DNA of 39,150 nt from Acidimicrobiia bacterium (GTDB lineage Bacteria > Actinomycetota > Acidimicrobiia > Acidimicrobiales > Ilumatobacteraceae), in assembly GCA_043741295.1 (NCBI GenBank), contig JAYUAM010000835.1, forward strand, positions 1 to 39,150. Reading direction: 5' to 3'. This document shows positions 1-7,369 of the stretch, piece by piece (within the stretch, counting starts at the first letter, position 1; every line of letters starts with the position of its first letter). Under the pieces are notes generated by a model that was not told the DNA's origin, did no database searches, and worked only from the letters and a program-made list of their open reading frames with translations. The position numbers and the translations under genes are program-made.

Positions 1-443
1 ACGTTCGCCGGATCGGCCTCGAACGAGAACTCGGGCGTGTGGATGCTGGCGAGCACGAGCCCGTCGGCGGCGTAGCGCTCGTGCCACGCCTCGACCCACG
101 GGAAGGTGTGCCGGCAGTTGATGCACTCGAACGTCCAGAAGTCGTAGAGCACGACCTTGCCGGCCAGCTGATCGGCCCCGAGCGGCGCCGAGTTGATCCA
201 TCCGGATGCGAGCCCGAGCGACGGCGCGGCACGGGTCGGCAGGACCGGGACCTGGACAGCCGGGCGGGCCGGGGCCGACGCCGATGCCGACGCCGGCGCC
301 GACGCTGGGAACGACGCCAGGGCGGACGCCGCTCCCGAGGGGGAGGCCGAGCCAGTGACCGCCTCCGGAGCGGTGCGGCGTGACACCGCGACGGCCACGA
401 TGGCCAGCGCGACAAAGATGGCGAGCACCACGACGCGGCGCAC
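1..443 (-). CDS. Thioredoxin-like (redoxin/TlpA-DipZ type) membrane-anchored protein; 3' end runs off the window
   Basis: Not in the ORF track because no stop lies in the window. Minus-strand translation from GTG at 441-443 gives VRRVVVLAIFVALAIVAVAV (signal anchor), an Ala/Ser/Pro linker, then GWINSAPLGADQLAGKVVLYDFWTFECINCRHTFPWVEAWHERYAADGLVLASIHTPEFSFE. This is a CxxC (CINC) thioredoxin-fold motif typical of DipZ/TlpA-type redoxins. An in-frame TGA lies just upstream of the GTG. Confidence 0.8.
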   Translation of the reverse strand, partial: MRRVVVLAIFVALAIVAVAVSRRTAPEAVTGSASPSGAASALASFPASAPASASASAPARPAVQVPVLPTRAAPSLGLASGWINSAPLGADQLAGKVVLYDFWTFECINCRHTFPWVEAWHERYAADGLVLASIHTPEFSFEADPAN

Positions 444-615
444 GTCAGCGACCCGTTCCCGGACCCGCGGGGCGGCTCCTTGCCCGATGGCAGATCATCA
501 CTCGTCTCCTCTCGCCCGCCGTCGCGCGGCGCGCCAGCGACCGTCAGCGTCCTCTCAAGGTCTGTCGTCGGCCGAACGGGATGCGAAACGTTCCGAAAAC
601 GCCAACCCCTGACGA

Positions 616-1359
616 GTGACGCGGGGACCCGGCGGTCCTACCCTCCTGGGTATGACGGGCACCACCGAACCGACCGCAAGAGTGCTCGTCGTCGACGACG
701 AGCCGATGGTGCGCGAAGTAGTCGGCCGCTACCTCGCCCGCGAAGGGTTCACCGTGGCCGAGGCGGCTGACGGTCCCGCCGCCATCGAAGCGGTCGACAG
801 TTTCCGGCCCGACCTCGTGGTGCTCGACGTGATGCTGCCCGGCAAGAGCGGCTTCGACGTGCTGCGTACGATCCGACTACGCGGTGACGCCGCTCCCCCG
901 GTGATCCTGCTCACCGCCCGGGTCGAGGAGACCGACAGGGTCCTCGGCCTGGAACTCGGGGCCGACGACTACGTGGTGAAGCCGTTCTCGCCGCGCGAGC
1001 TCGTGGCCCGGGTGCGCACGGTGCTCCGCCGGTCGCGCCGCACGCCCGATGCCGGCGAGGCGCTCGTGTACGACGGTCTTCGGGTCGACCCGCGAACGCG
1101 CGAGGTCACGCTCGCCGACGGCGCCGTCGATCTGACGCCGAAGGAGTTCGACCTGCTGTCGTTCCTCGCCCGCTCGCCCCGCCAGGTGTTCTCACGTTCG
1201 CAACTGCTGCACCACGTGTGGGATTCGTCCCCCGAGTATCAGGACGCTGCGACCGTCACCGTGCACGTGCGCCGCATCCGGAACAAGATCGAGACGAACC
1301 CCGACGATCCGCGCTGGATCACCACGGTGTGGGGTGTCGGTTACCGGTTCGAGCCATGA
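616..1359 (+). CDS. OmpR-family two-component response regulator (receiver plus winged-helix domains)
   Basis: RVLVVDDEPMVRE...DLVVLDVMLPGKSGFDVL...LLTAR...DDYVVKPFSPRELVARV is a receiver domain. The C-terminal LTPKEFDLL..L......VFSR.QLL..VW...TV.VHV.R.R.K....I.TVWGVGYRF is a trans_reg_C fold. The true start may be ATG 652 (MTGTTEP...). Confidence 0.95.
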   Translation: MTRGPGGPTLLGMTGTTEPTARVLVVDDEPMVREVVGRYLAREGFTVAEAADGPAAIEAVDSFRPDLVVLDVMLPGKSGFDVLRTIRLRGDAAPPVILLTARVEETDRVLGLELGADDYVVKPFSPRELVARVRTVLRRSRRTPDAGEALVYDGLRVDPRTREVTLADGAVDLTPKEFDLLSFLARSPRQVFSRSQLLHHVWDSSPEYQDAATVTVHVRRIRNKIETNPDDPRWITTVWGVGYRFEP

Positions 1360-2693
1360 CCGGGCGCCGCCTGTTCTCCGTCATCCGCGAGTTCGGCCTG
1401 CTCGTCGGCGCCCCGCTCGTCGCCGCGTTGGCCGCCGTCGGGGCCATCGAGCTGCTGCTGTCTCCGACGGCGAACGCCCGGCCGGACATCCTGTTCCTGG
1501 TCGGCGTTCCCACCGTGGGATCCGTCGTGGCCTGCCTGGTGTTCCGGGGATGGATCGCCCGCGCCACTCGGCTCGCCACCGTGGTCGTCGCCCTTGTCGT
1601 CACCGGCTCGGCGCTCGTCGTCACGTCGGTGTCGCTCGCCGCGTCGCGAATGTTCCTCAACCCTCACGACGCCAAGCTGGTGAGCGTCGTCGTGGTCCTC
1701 GCCGCCGTGCTCTCCACGTTGCTCACCATCCAGGTCATCCGGCCGCTGGCCGCCCAGGTGCGCACGCTCGGTACCGTCGCCCAGCGCGTCGCCGCCGGAA
1801 ACCTCGACGGGCGCACCGGCATCGTGCGTCACGACGAGCTGGGCGAGGCGGCGCGCGCCGTCGATCACATGGTCGCCAGGCTGTCGTTGGCCGAGGACGG
1901 TCGGCGGCGGCTCGAAGGCGAACGACGCTTCCTGCTGTCGTCGATCGGTCACGACCTGCGCACGCCACTCGCCGCGTTGCGGGCCACGGTCGAGTCGTTG
2001 CAGGACGGCATCGCCCCCGACCCGGCGCGCTACCTGGCGTCGATGGGCACGCAGCTCGACGCCGTCGAGACCCTGATCGACGACCTCACCGTGTACGCCC
2101 GCATCGAGGCCGGCCAGTTCCGGTTCGAGCCGACCGAGGTCGACCTCGCCGAGCTGGTCGACGGCACGGTCGAGGCGATGATCCCGGTGGCCCACCGTCG
2201 GGGCCTGACGCTCGCCTCGCACAGCTCCGGCCGGGCGATCACGATCGGCGGAGCACCCGAACTGGCGCGAGTGTTGCGCAACCTCATCGACAACGCGTTG
2301 CGCTACGGCCCGGTCGGATCGTGCGTCAGCGTCGAGCTGGTGGCCGGCCCGCACACCGCCCGCCTTACCGTGCGCGACGACGGCCCCGGCTTTCCCGCCG
2401 ACTTCCGGCCCGTCGCCTTCGAGCCGTTTACCCGGGCCGATCCGGCTCGCGACCGCGCCACCGGAACCGCCGGGCTCGGTCTCGCCATCGCCCGTGGCAT
2501 CGTCGACGCCCACGGCGGCACGATCGCCATCGGGACCGACACCATCGTCGCACCGCAGGACGCGAACAATGCGGGCCTAACGTCGTCCGGTGCACCGGGT
2601 GGTGCCGGAGGTTGTATCGAGATCCACCTGCCCCTCCGTTCCCCCCCACCGTCGAGCCGGCGACCCCGGCCGTCGAGGAGCGTGTCCGAATGA
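1356..2693 (+). CDS. Sensor histidine kinase (2 TM, HAMP, HisKA, HATPase_c)
   Basis: ATG 1356 overlaps the regulator stop (ATGA). Hydrophobic N-terminus, then HAMP-like RPLAAQVRTLGTVAQRVAAGNLD. H-box is FLLSSIGHDLRTPLAAL, N-box LRNLIDNALRY, G-boxes DDGPGF and GTAGLGLAIARGIVDAHGG. The ORF-track start at 1218 is an out-of-frame-looking extension inside the regulator gene. Confidence 0.93.
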   Translation: MTGRRLFSVIREFGLLVGAPLVAALAAVGAIELLLSPTANARPDILFLVGVPTVGSVVACLVFRGWIARATRLATVVVALVVTGSALVVTSVSLAASRMFLNPHDAKLVSVVVVLAAVLSTLLTIQVIRPLAAQVRTLGTVAQRVAAGNLDGRTGIVRHDELGEAARAVDHMVARLSLAEDGRRRLEGERRFLLSSIGHDLRTPLAALRATVESLQDGIAPDPARYLASMGTQLDAVETLIDDLTVYARIEAGQFRFEPTEVDLAELVDGTVEAMIPVAHRRGLTLASHSSGRAITIGGAPELARVLRNLIDNALRYGPVGSCVSVELVAGPHTARLTVRDDGPGFPADFRPVAFEPFTRADPARDRATGTAGLGLAIARGIVDAHGGTIAIGTDTIVAPQDANNAGLTSSGAPGGAGGCIEIHLPLRSPPPSSRRPRPSRSVSE

Positions 2694-4285
2694 CCAACAC
2701 CGAGAACACGGACCGATCGTCCCCGTCCGCAACGCCCGACAAGCCGTCAACTGCTGCCGGATTGGGCTCCATCGCCGGCCTGCTCGCCCTCGGCGCCGGG
2801 CTCGGCGCGGCCTCGTTCGTAGCGGCCGTCGCCAAGGTCGACGGTCCGATCGTGGCCGTGGCCAACCGCTTCGTCGACCAGACACCGCGCTGGCTGAAGG
2901 AGTTCGCGGTGCGCAACTTCGGCACGAGCGACAAGACGGTGCTCACGATCGGCATCACGGTCGTGCTGCTCGTCGCCGCCGCCGGCGCGGGTCGTCTCGC
3001 GCGGCGACGGCTGCCGGTGGCGCTCGCAGCGGTGGGCGTGGTCGGCGCGCTCGGGGTCGGCGCGGCCGTGACACGAACCGGCTCGCGCGGCGCCGACTGG
3101 CTTCCCCCGATGGTCGGCACCCTCGTCGCTGCGGGCGCGCTCGCGTGGATGGCCCGCCCGTCGCGCTCCGGAGGAGCCCGACGGACGGCGGCGCCCGTCG
3201 CCGAGTCGCCGCTTGTGTTCGAACGACGTCGCTTCATCGTGCAGGCGAGCGCGGTCGGCATCGGCGCCGCTGCGCTCGGCGGCGTCGGGCGGGCGGTGCG
3301 CTCGAACCGCGACAAGGTGCTCGTGCGCACCGCGCAGGCTCAGACCCTGCCGACGCCACGCTCGCCGGCACAGGCCGTGCCCGACGCGGCGTCCGTCGGC
3401 CGCGGTGTCGGTTCCTACCTCACGCCGAACGCCGACTTCTACCGCATCGACACCTCGTTCTCGCCGCCCACCATCGACCCGGCAACGTGGAAGATGACGA
3501 TCGACGGCATGGTCGAGCACCCGATCACGATCACCTACGACGAGCTGCTCGCCCGACCGATGATCGAGCGCATCGTCACGCTCACATGCGTCTCGAACGA
3601 GGTCGGCGGCGATCTCATCGGCAACGCCCGCTGGCTCGGCGTGCCCCTCGCCGACCTGCTCCACGAGGCGAAGGTGAAGCCGGGCGCCACGCAGATCGCC
3701 AGCCGGTCGGTCGACGGGTGGACGTGCGGGTTCCCGACGGCGATCGCGCTCGACGGGCGCGACGCACTGGTCGCCGTCGCCATGAACGGCGAGCCCCTCC
3801 CCCGCGCCCACGGCTTTCCCGCCCGCCTCGTCGTGCCCGGTCTCTACGGGTACGTCTCGGCGACAAAGTGGCTCGACAAGATCACCGTCACCACCCTCGA
3901 GGACTTCGACGGCTACTGGATCCCGCGCGGCTGGTCGAAGGACGGGCCGATCAAGACTCAGAGCCGCATCGACGTGCCCCGGCTCGCCGCCGACCTGCCG
4001 ATCGGCCACAACGTCGTGGCCGGCGTGGCGTGGGCGCAGCACCGCGGCATCAGCAAGGTCGAGGTCCAGATGGACGACGGGCCGTGGATGACGGCGACGC
4101 TCGCCGACCAACCGACGGTCGACGGCTGGCGGCAGTGGTGGCTCGACTGGGACGCCCCCGCCGGTCGCCACATCCTGCAGGTACGGGCGACAGACGCCAC
4201 GGGCGCCGTCCAGACCGCCGACAAGGCCGACGTCGCCCCGAACGGCGCCACCGGCTACCACGGGGTCGGCGTCAACGTGAAGTAG
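2690..4285 (+). CDS. Membrane-anchored molybdopterin-dependent oxidoreductase (sulfite oxidase family)
   Basis: ATG 2690 overlaps the kinase stop (ATGA). About 200 aa of N-terminal TM helices, then FYRIDTSF..P.IDP..W...I.G.V..P...TYDELL, VTLTCVSNEVGG (Mo-ligand Cys context), NARWLGVPL.DLL, MNGEPLP..HGFP.RLVVPG.YG..S.KW, and a C-terminal Ig-like dimerisation-type domain. The track's 983-aa ORF (1334..4285) fuses this gene to a wrong-frame read of the kinase gene. Confidence 0.9.
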   Translation: MTNTENTDRSSPSATPDKPSTAAGLGSIAGLLALGAGLGAASFVAAVAKVDGPIVAVANRFVDQTPRWLKEFAVRNFGTSDKTVLTIGITVVLLVAAAGAGRLARRRLPVALAAVGVVGALGVGAAVTRTGSRGADWLPPMVGTLVAAGALAWMARPSRSGGARRTAAPVAESPLVFERRRFIVQASAVGIGAAALGGVGRAVRSNRDKVLVRTAQAQTLPTPRSPAQAVPDAASVGRGVGSYLTPNADFYRIDTSFSPPTIDPATWKMTIDGMVEHPITITYDELLARPMIERIVTLTCVSNEVGGDLIGNARWLGVPLADLLHEAKVKPGATQIASRSVDGWTCGFPTAIALDGRDALVAVAMNGEPLPRAHGFPARLVVPGLYGYVSATKWLDKITVTTLEDFDGYWIPRGWSKDGPIKTQSRIDVPRLAADLPIGHNVVAGVAWAQHRGISKVEVQMDDGPWMTATLADQPTVDGWRQWWLDWDAPAGRHILQVRATDATGAVQTADKADVAPNGATGYHGVGVNVK

Positions 4286-4290
4286 CCGCC

Positions 4291-4317
4291 TCGGGCCGCC
4301 GGGTGGTGACGGCCCGA
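4291..4317 (+). terminator. Candidate stem-loop 6 nt after the molybdoenzyme stop (8-bp stem TCGGGCCG/CGGCCCGA, 11-nt loop, no U-tract)
   Basis: Perfect inverted repeat read directly from the sequence. It lacks a T-run, so it is at best a weak or factor-dependent terminator. Confidence 0.25.
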
Positions 4318-4322
4318 CGGGG

Positions 4323-4456
4323 CGGAACGTTGACGGGTCGAACGTCGAGATCTGAACGTTGAGATCTGAACGTTGACGGGTTGACGGCGGTGGTCGCTGG
4401 TATCGCGTCAACGTTCGGTCGGCGGGCGGGCGGAACGGCGGTTCGGAACGGCGGTT
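4323..4456. repeat. Repeat-dense leader region
   Basis: Four GAACGT(T/C)GA motifs start at 4325, 4340, 4354 and 4368 (15/14/14 bp spacing). One 53-nt palindromic element has arms 4368-4377 GAACGTTGAC and 4407-4418 GTCAACGTTCGG with a 29-nt spacer. A 2x 13-bp tandem CGGAACGGCGGTT lies at 4431-4456. All counted directly. The region lies between the molybdoenzyme stop (4285) and the proposed GTG start (4480) of the next gene. Confidence 0.85.
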
Positions 4457-4479
4457 CGGCATCTGGTGTACTGGGCGAT

Positions 4480-5808
4480 GTGGCCGACGAGATCGAGCTC
4501 GAGCTCGAACCGGAAGGCTCCGACGGTCCGTGGCGCGACGTCGACGTCCACCGACAGGCTCCCGGGGCCAGGCACCGGTGGACTCGGGGCGGGACGCGGA
4601 CGATTCGCCGCCGATGGGTGCCGACGGCAGCGGTTCTCGGCGTCGTCGCCCTGATCGGCGTATCGCTGGCCACCGGCCAGGATCGGGGCCAGACGACGTC
4701 GACGACAGCCGTCGACCGCTCGGCACCGGCGATCCCGACGTCGGACGCGAACCAAACTTCGCCACCCACGCCCGCGGCCGGCTCCGCCGTGGCGTCGACG
4801 GCGGCCGGCCAGACGAGCGCGCCCGGCCGGTTCGGCCCCGGACCGGCGCGACGCACGCCGTTCGTGGTGCCGGGTCTGGCGCGTCCGACGCCGACCGGGC
4901 TGCGGCTCGTCGAGGTGATCGGCGGCGGCGGTCTGCTCGAGATCGACGTCGACGCCGGGACGGCGACCGCCATCGACGCGCCGGCGATCGCCAGTGGCGC
5001 GCCGACGTTCGCCGTCGCCGGCTCCGACTGGGTGGTCGTGCGCCCGCTCGATTTCGTCGCCAACTACCGGGTGGTCGGCGAGCAGCCAGCGGAGCCCCTC
5101 GGCGGACTGCTCGCCGATGGGACCGAGGGCATGTTCGCCGGCCCGGGACCGGGCGAGCTGTGGATCGAGACGAGGGACTTCACGGGCGCCGGCTCGTTCC
5201 TACAGCTCGTCGACCTCGACGGTCACGCGCTGCGCCCGCCGATCTCCACGGCGGGCACGACCATCCTCGGCAGCGACGGCACCGGCCATGTACTGCTGCG
5301 GGCGAGCGGCGGCACCTACGCCGTCGGGGCCGACGTCAGCAGCACCGGCATCCAGCGGATCTCCACCGGCGACGTGCTCGCCGCCGGTGCCCGCACCCTG
5401 GTCACCCTCGAGTGCGACGATCAGCTGTCGTGCCACGAGTGGATCGTCGACCGCGTAGACGGGACCCGCACCGACCTCGGGCCGGCGGCGAGCAGCCCTG
5501 ACCCGGGCTTCGAGATCGGCTCCGTGGCGCCCGACGGCCACCACGCCGTGATTGCCGGCGACGACTCGGTCGTCTACGTCGTCGACCTCATCTCCACCCG
5601 GCCGCGGCACTTCCTCGGCGGCCAGCAGGTGCCGATCGGGCCCGAGACGTACGCGTGGAGCGACGACGGGCGGTATCTCGTCTATCGCGCCGGGTCCGCG
5701 CTCTGGCTGTACGACGTCATGACGGGCAAGGACGAGCCCCTCCTGCCGCTGAGCTTCAACTCCTCGGGCCTCGACGCCTACGCGGTCCGTCCGCCTGCCC
5801 GCGACTGA
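4480..5808 (+). CDS. Hypothetical single-pass membrane protein, paralogue 1 (acidic N-terminal tail, TM, Pro/Ala/Thr linker, beta-propeller-like ectodomain)
   Basis: Start chosen at GTG 4480 because both paralogues then begin with the same motif: M-A-D-E-IELELEPE versus M-A-S-P-IEIEFELEPDD. TM segment is VPTAAVLGVVALIGVSLA. The C-terminal half shares FLQLVDL.G, ECDDQLSCHEWIVDRVDGTRTDLGP and WSDDGRYLVY (PD40/TolB-like repeat signature) with the next gene. The track ORF starts at TTG 4381. Confidence 0.75.
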   Translation: MADEIELELEPEGSDGPWRDVDVHRQAPGARHRWTRGGTRTIRRRWVPTAAVLGVVALIGVSLATGQDRGQTTSTTAVDRSAPAIPTSDANQTSPPTPAAGSAVASTAAGQTSAPGRFGPGPARRTPFVVPGLARPTPTGLRLVEVIGGGGLLEIDVDAGTATAIDAPAIASGAPTFAVAGSDWVVVRPLDFVANYRVVGEQPAEPLGGLLADGTEGMFAGPGPGELWIETRDFTGAGSFLQLVDLDGHALRPPISTAGTTILGSDGTGHVLLRASGGTYAVGADVSSTGIQRISTGDVLAAGARTLVTLECDDQLSCHEWIVDRVDGTRTDLGPAASSPDPGFEIGSVAPDGHHAVIAGDDSVVYVVDLISTRPRHFLGGQQVPIGPETYAWSDDGRYLVYRAGSALWLYDVMTGKDEPLLPLSFNSSGLDAYAVRPPARD

Positions 5809-5873
5809 TCCATTGGCCCGCGCGGCCCGTCTGGCCCGCTGACGTGGCGTTCGCCCCGTGGTCTACTGGACAG

Positions 5874-7277
5874 GTGGCCAGCCCCATCGAGATCGAGTTC
5901 GAGCTCGAACCCGACGACGGTGACGATCACGCGCCGCGCCGACACACGTCGCATCGCCATCGAACGGGTGGCGATGACAGCCGCACGCCGATGCGCGACA
6001 GCGGGAGCGAGCCGGTGCGGACGCGCCGTCGGCGGGGGTGGTCGGTGGCCGCCGGCGCGACGGTGGCCGTCGTGGTCGGCACCGTGCTCGCCGGCAACGG
6101 CAACCTCGACCGCCCGGCGGCCACCGGACCAACGGCGCCGGCCGCTCCGAGTTCGGCAGCCACGACCCTCGTGAGCACGGTGCCATCGGCGTTCGCGACC
6201 GGGCCCGGCTCCACCGCCCGGGCTCGCGGCTCGATCATCGGACCCTCGACCGTCGCCCCGACCATCGGCCCGTTCGCCGTCGCCGACCCCGCCCGCCCGC
6301 CGGTCGTCCGGTTCGGCGGCGGCCCGCTGCTCATCGGGCCGACCGGGTTGCGCTTTGTGGCTGCGTTGAGCGACGGGAACCTCGCCGACATCGACGTCGA
6401 TCGCGGCGTCGTGCGGATCGTGCCCGCCCCGGCCACGAGCGCCGCTGATCCGGCGCTGACGCCGACGACCGGGTCCGGTGACTCCGAGCCGACGATCGTG
6501 GCCGGACCGACGTGGGCGGTCGTCCATCCGGCGGCGACAGACGGCGGGTACCTCGTCGGGCCGGACGGCTCGACGAGGCCGCTCACCGGGATCCTGGCCG
6601 GTGCCACCGTCGGGCTGTACCCGAGCGACGGACCCGACGACCTGTGGGTGGCGATCGATCTCGGGAAGAAGTCGGCGGCGTTCATCCAACTCGTCGACCT
6701 CGCCGGCATCAGCCGCGGGGCGTCACTCCCGACGAACGGCGTGGTTCCGATCGGGCCGGACGGCTCGGGCGGCGTGCTGGTGACCACGACAGGCGGCGTC
6801 TACCGGGCGAGCCGGGACGGCTACCACCTGCTCACCACCGGCGGCGTGCTCGCCGGGTCGGCGAGCCAGTTCGTGTCCGTCGAATGCGACGACGTGCTGG
6901 CCTGCCATCGCGACCTCGTCGACCGCTCTACCGGCGACCACCGACCGCTCGGTCCCGTGCCGCCCGGACCGACGACACCAACGCTCGGGGCGATCGCGCA
7001 AGACGGCTCGAAGGTGGCGACGAGGACGGCGAACGCCGCCGGTATCGACGTCCTCACGGTGACCACGGGTCTCGTCACGCCGATCGACGCCAGCCCCCGC
7101 TCGCTGTCACCGGCCGAGGCGGGACCGGTGGCGTGGAGCGCCGACGGCCGGTTCCTGGTCTACCTCGACCGCCACAGCGACGAGCTGACCGTGTTCGACA
7201 CCGAGACCGAGACCGACGCACCGCTCGTGCCGGGCCTGCCGACGGTGCGCGCGTTCGCCGTCCGCCCCGGCCCGTGA
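5874..7277 (+). CDS. Hypothetical single-pass membrane protein, paralogue 2
   Basis: GTG 5874 gives MASPIEIEFELEPDD. TM segment is WSVAAGATVAVVVGTVLA. Shares FIQLVDLAG, ECDDVLACHRDLVDRSTGDHRPLGP and WSADGRFLVY with paralogue 1. The track start at 5655 overlaps the preceding gene and translates to Arg-rich sequence. Confidence 0.75.
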   Translation: MASPIEIEFELEPDDGDDHAPRRHTSHRHRTGGDDSRTPMRDSGSEPVRTRRRRGWSVAAGATVAVVVGTVLAGNGNLDRPAATGPTAPAAPSSAATTLVSTVPSAFATGPGSTARARGSIIGPSTVAPTIGPFAVADPARPPVVRFGGGPLLIGPTGLRFVAALSDGNLADIDVDRGVVRIVPAPATSAADPALTPTTGSGDSEPTIVAGPTWAVVHPAATDGGYLVGPDGSTRPLTGILAGATVGLYPSDGPDDLWVAIDLGKKSAAFIQLVDLAGISRGASLPTNGVVPIGPDGSGGVLVTTTGGVYRASRDGYHLLTTGGVLAGSASQFVSVECDDVLACHRDLVDRSTGDHRPLGPVPPGPTTPTLGAIAQDGSKVATRTANAAGIDVLTVTTGLVTPIDASPRSLSPAEAGPVAWSADGRFLVYLDRHSDELTVFDTETETDAPLVPGLPTVRAFAVRPGP

Positions 7278-7336
7278 CCGCGGGCCCGTGACCACGAGCC
7301 CGTGACCGCGGACCCCGTGACCCCCGGCCCGTGACG
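7268..7336. repeat. Five copies of CCCGTGAC at 14/14/15/14-bp spacing
   Basis: GTGAC occurs at 7274, 7288, 7302, 7317 and 7331. The first copy contains the TGA stop (7275-7277) of paralogue 2. The array ends about 35 nt before the manA start. Confidence 0.85.
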
Positions 7337-7369
7337 CGGGTGTGCGATGCCCGGGCATACGCTCGCTCC

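Noticed and set aside
1334-4285. 983-aa plus-strand ORF spanning the kinase and molybdoenzyme genes
   Set aside because: The first 450 residues or so are Arg/Pro/Gly/His-rich and overlap, in another frame, the well-supported histidine kinase. Only the part from ATG 2690 has recognisable sulfite-oxidase-family motifs. This is a high-GC stop-free artefact.
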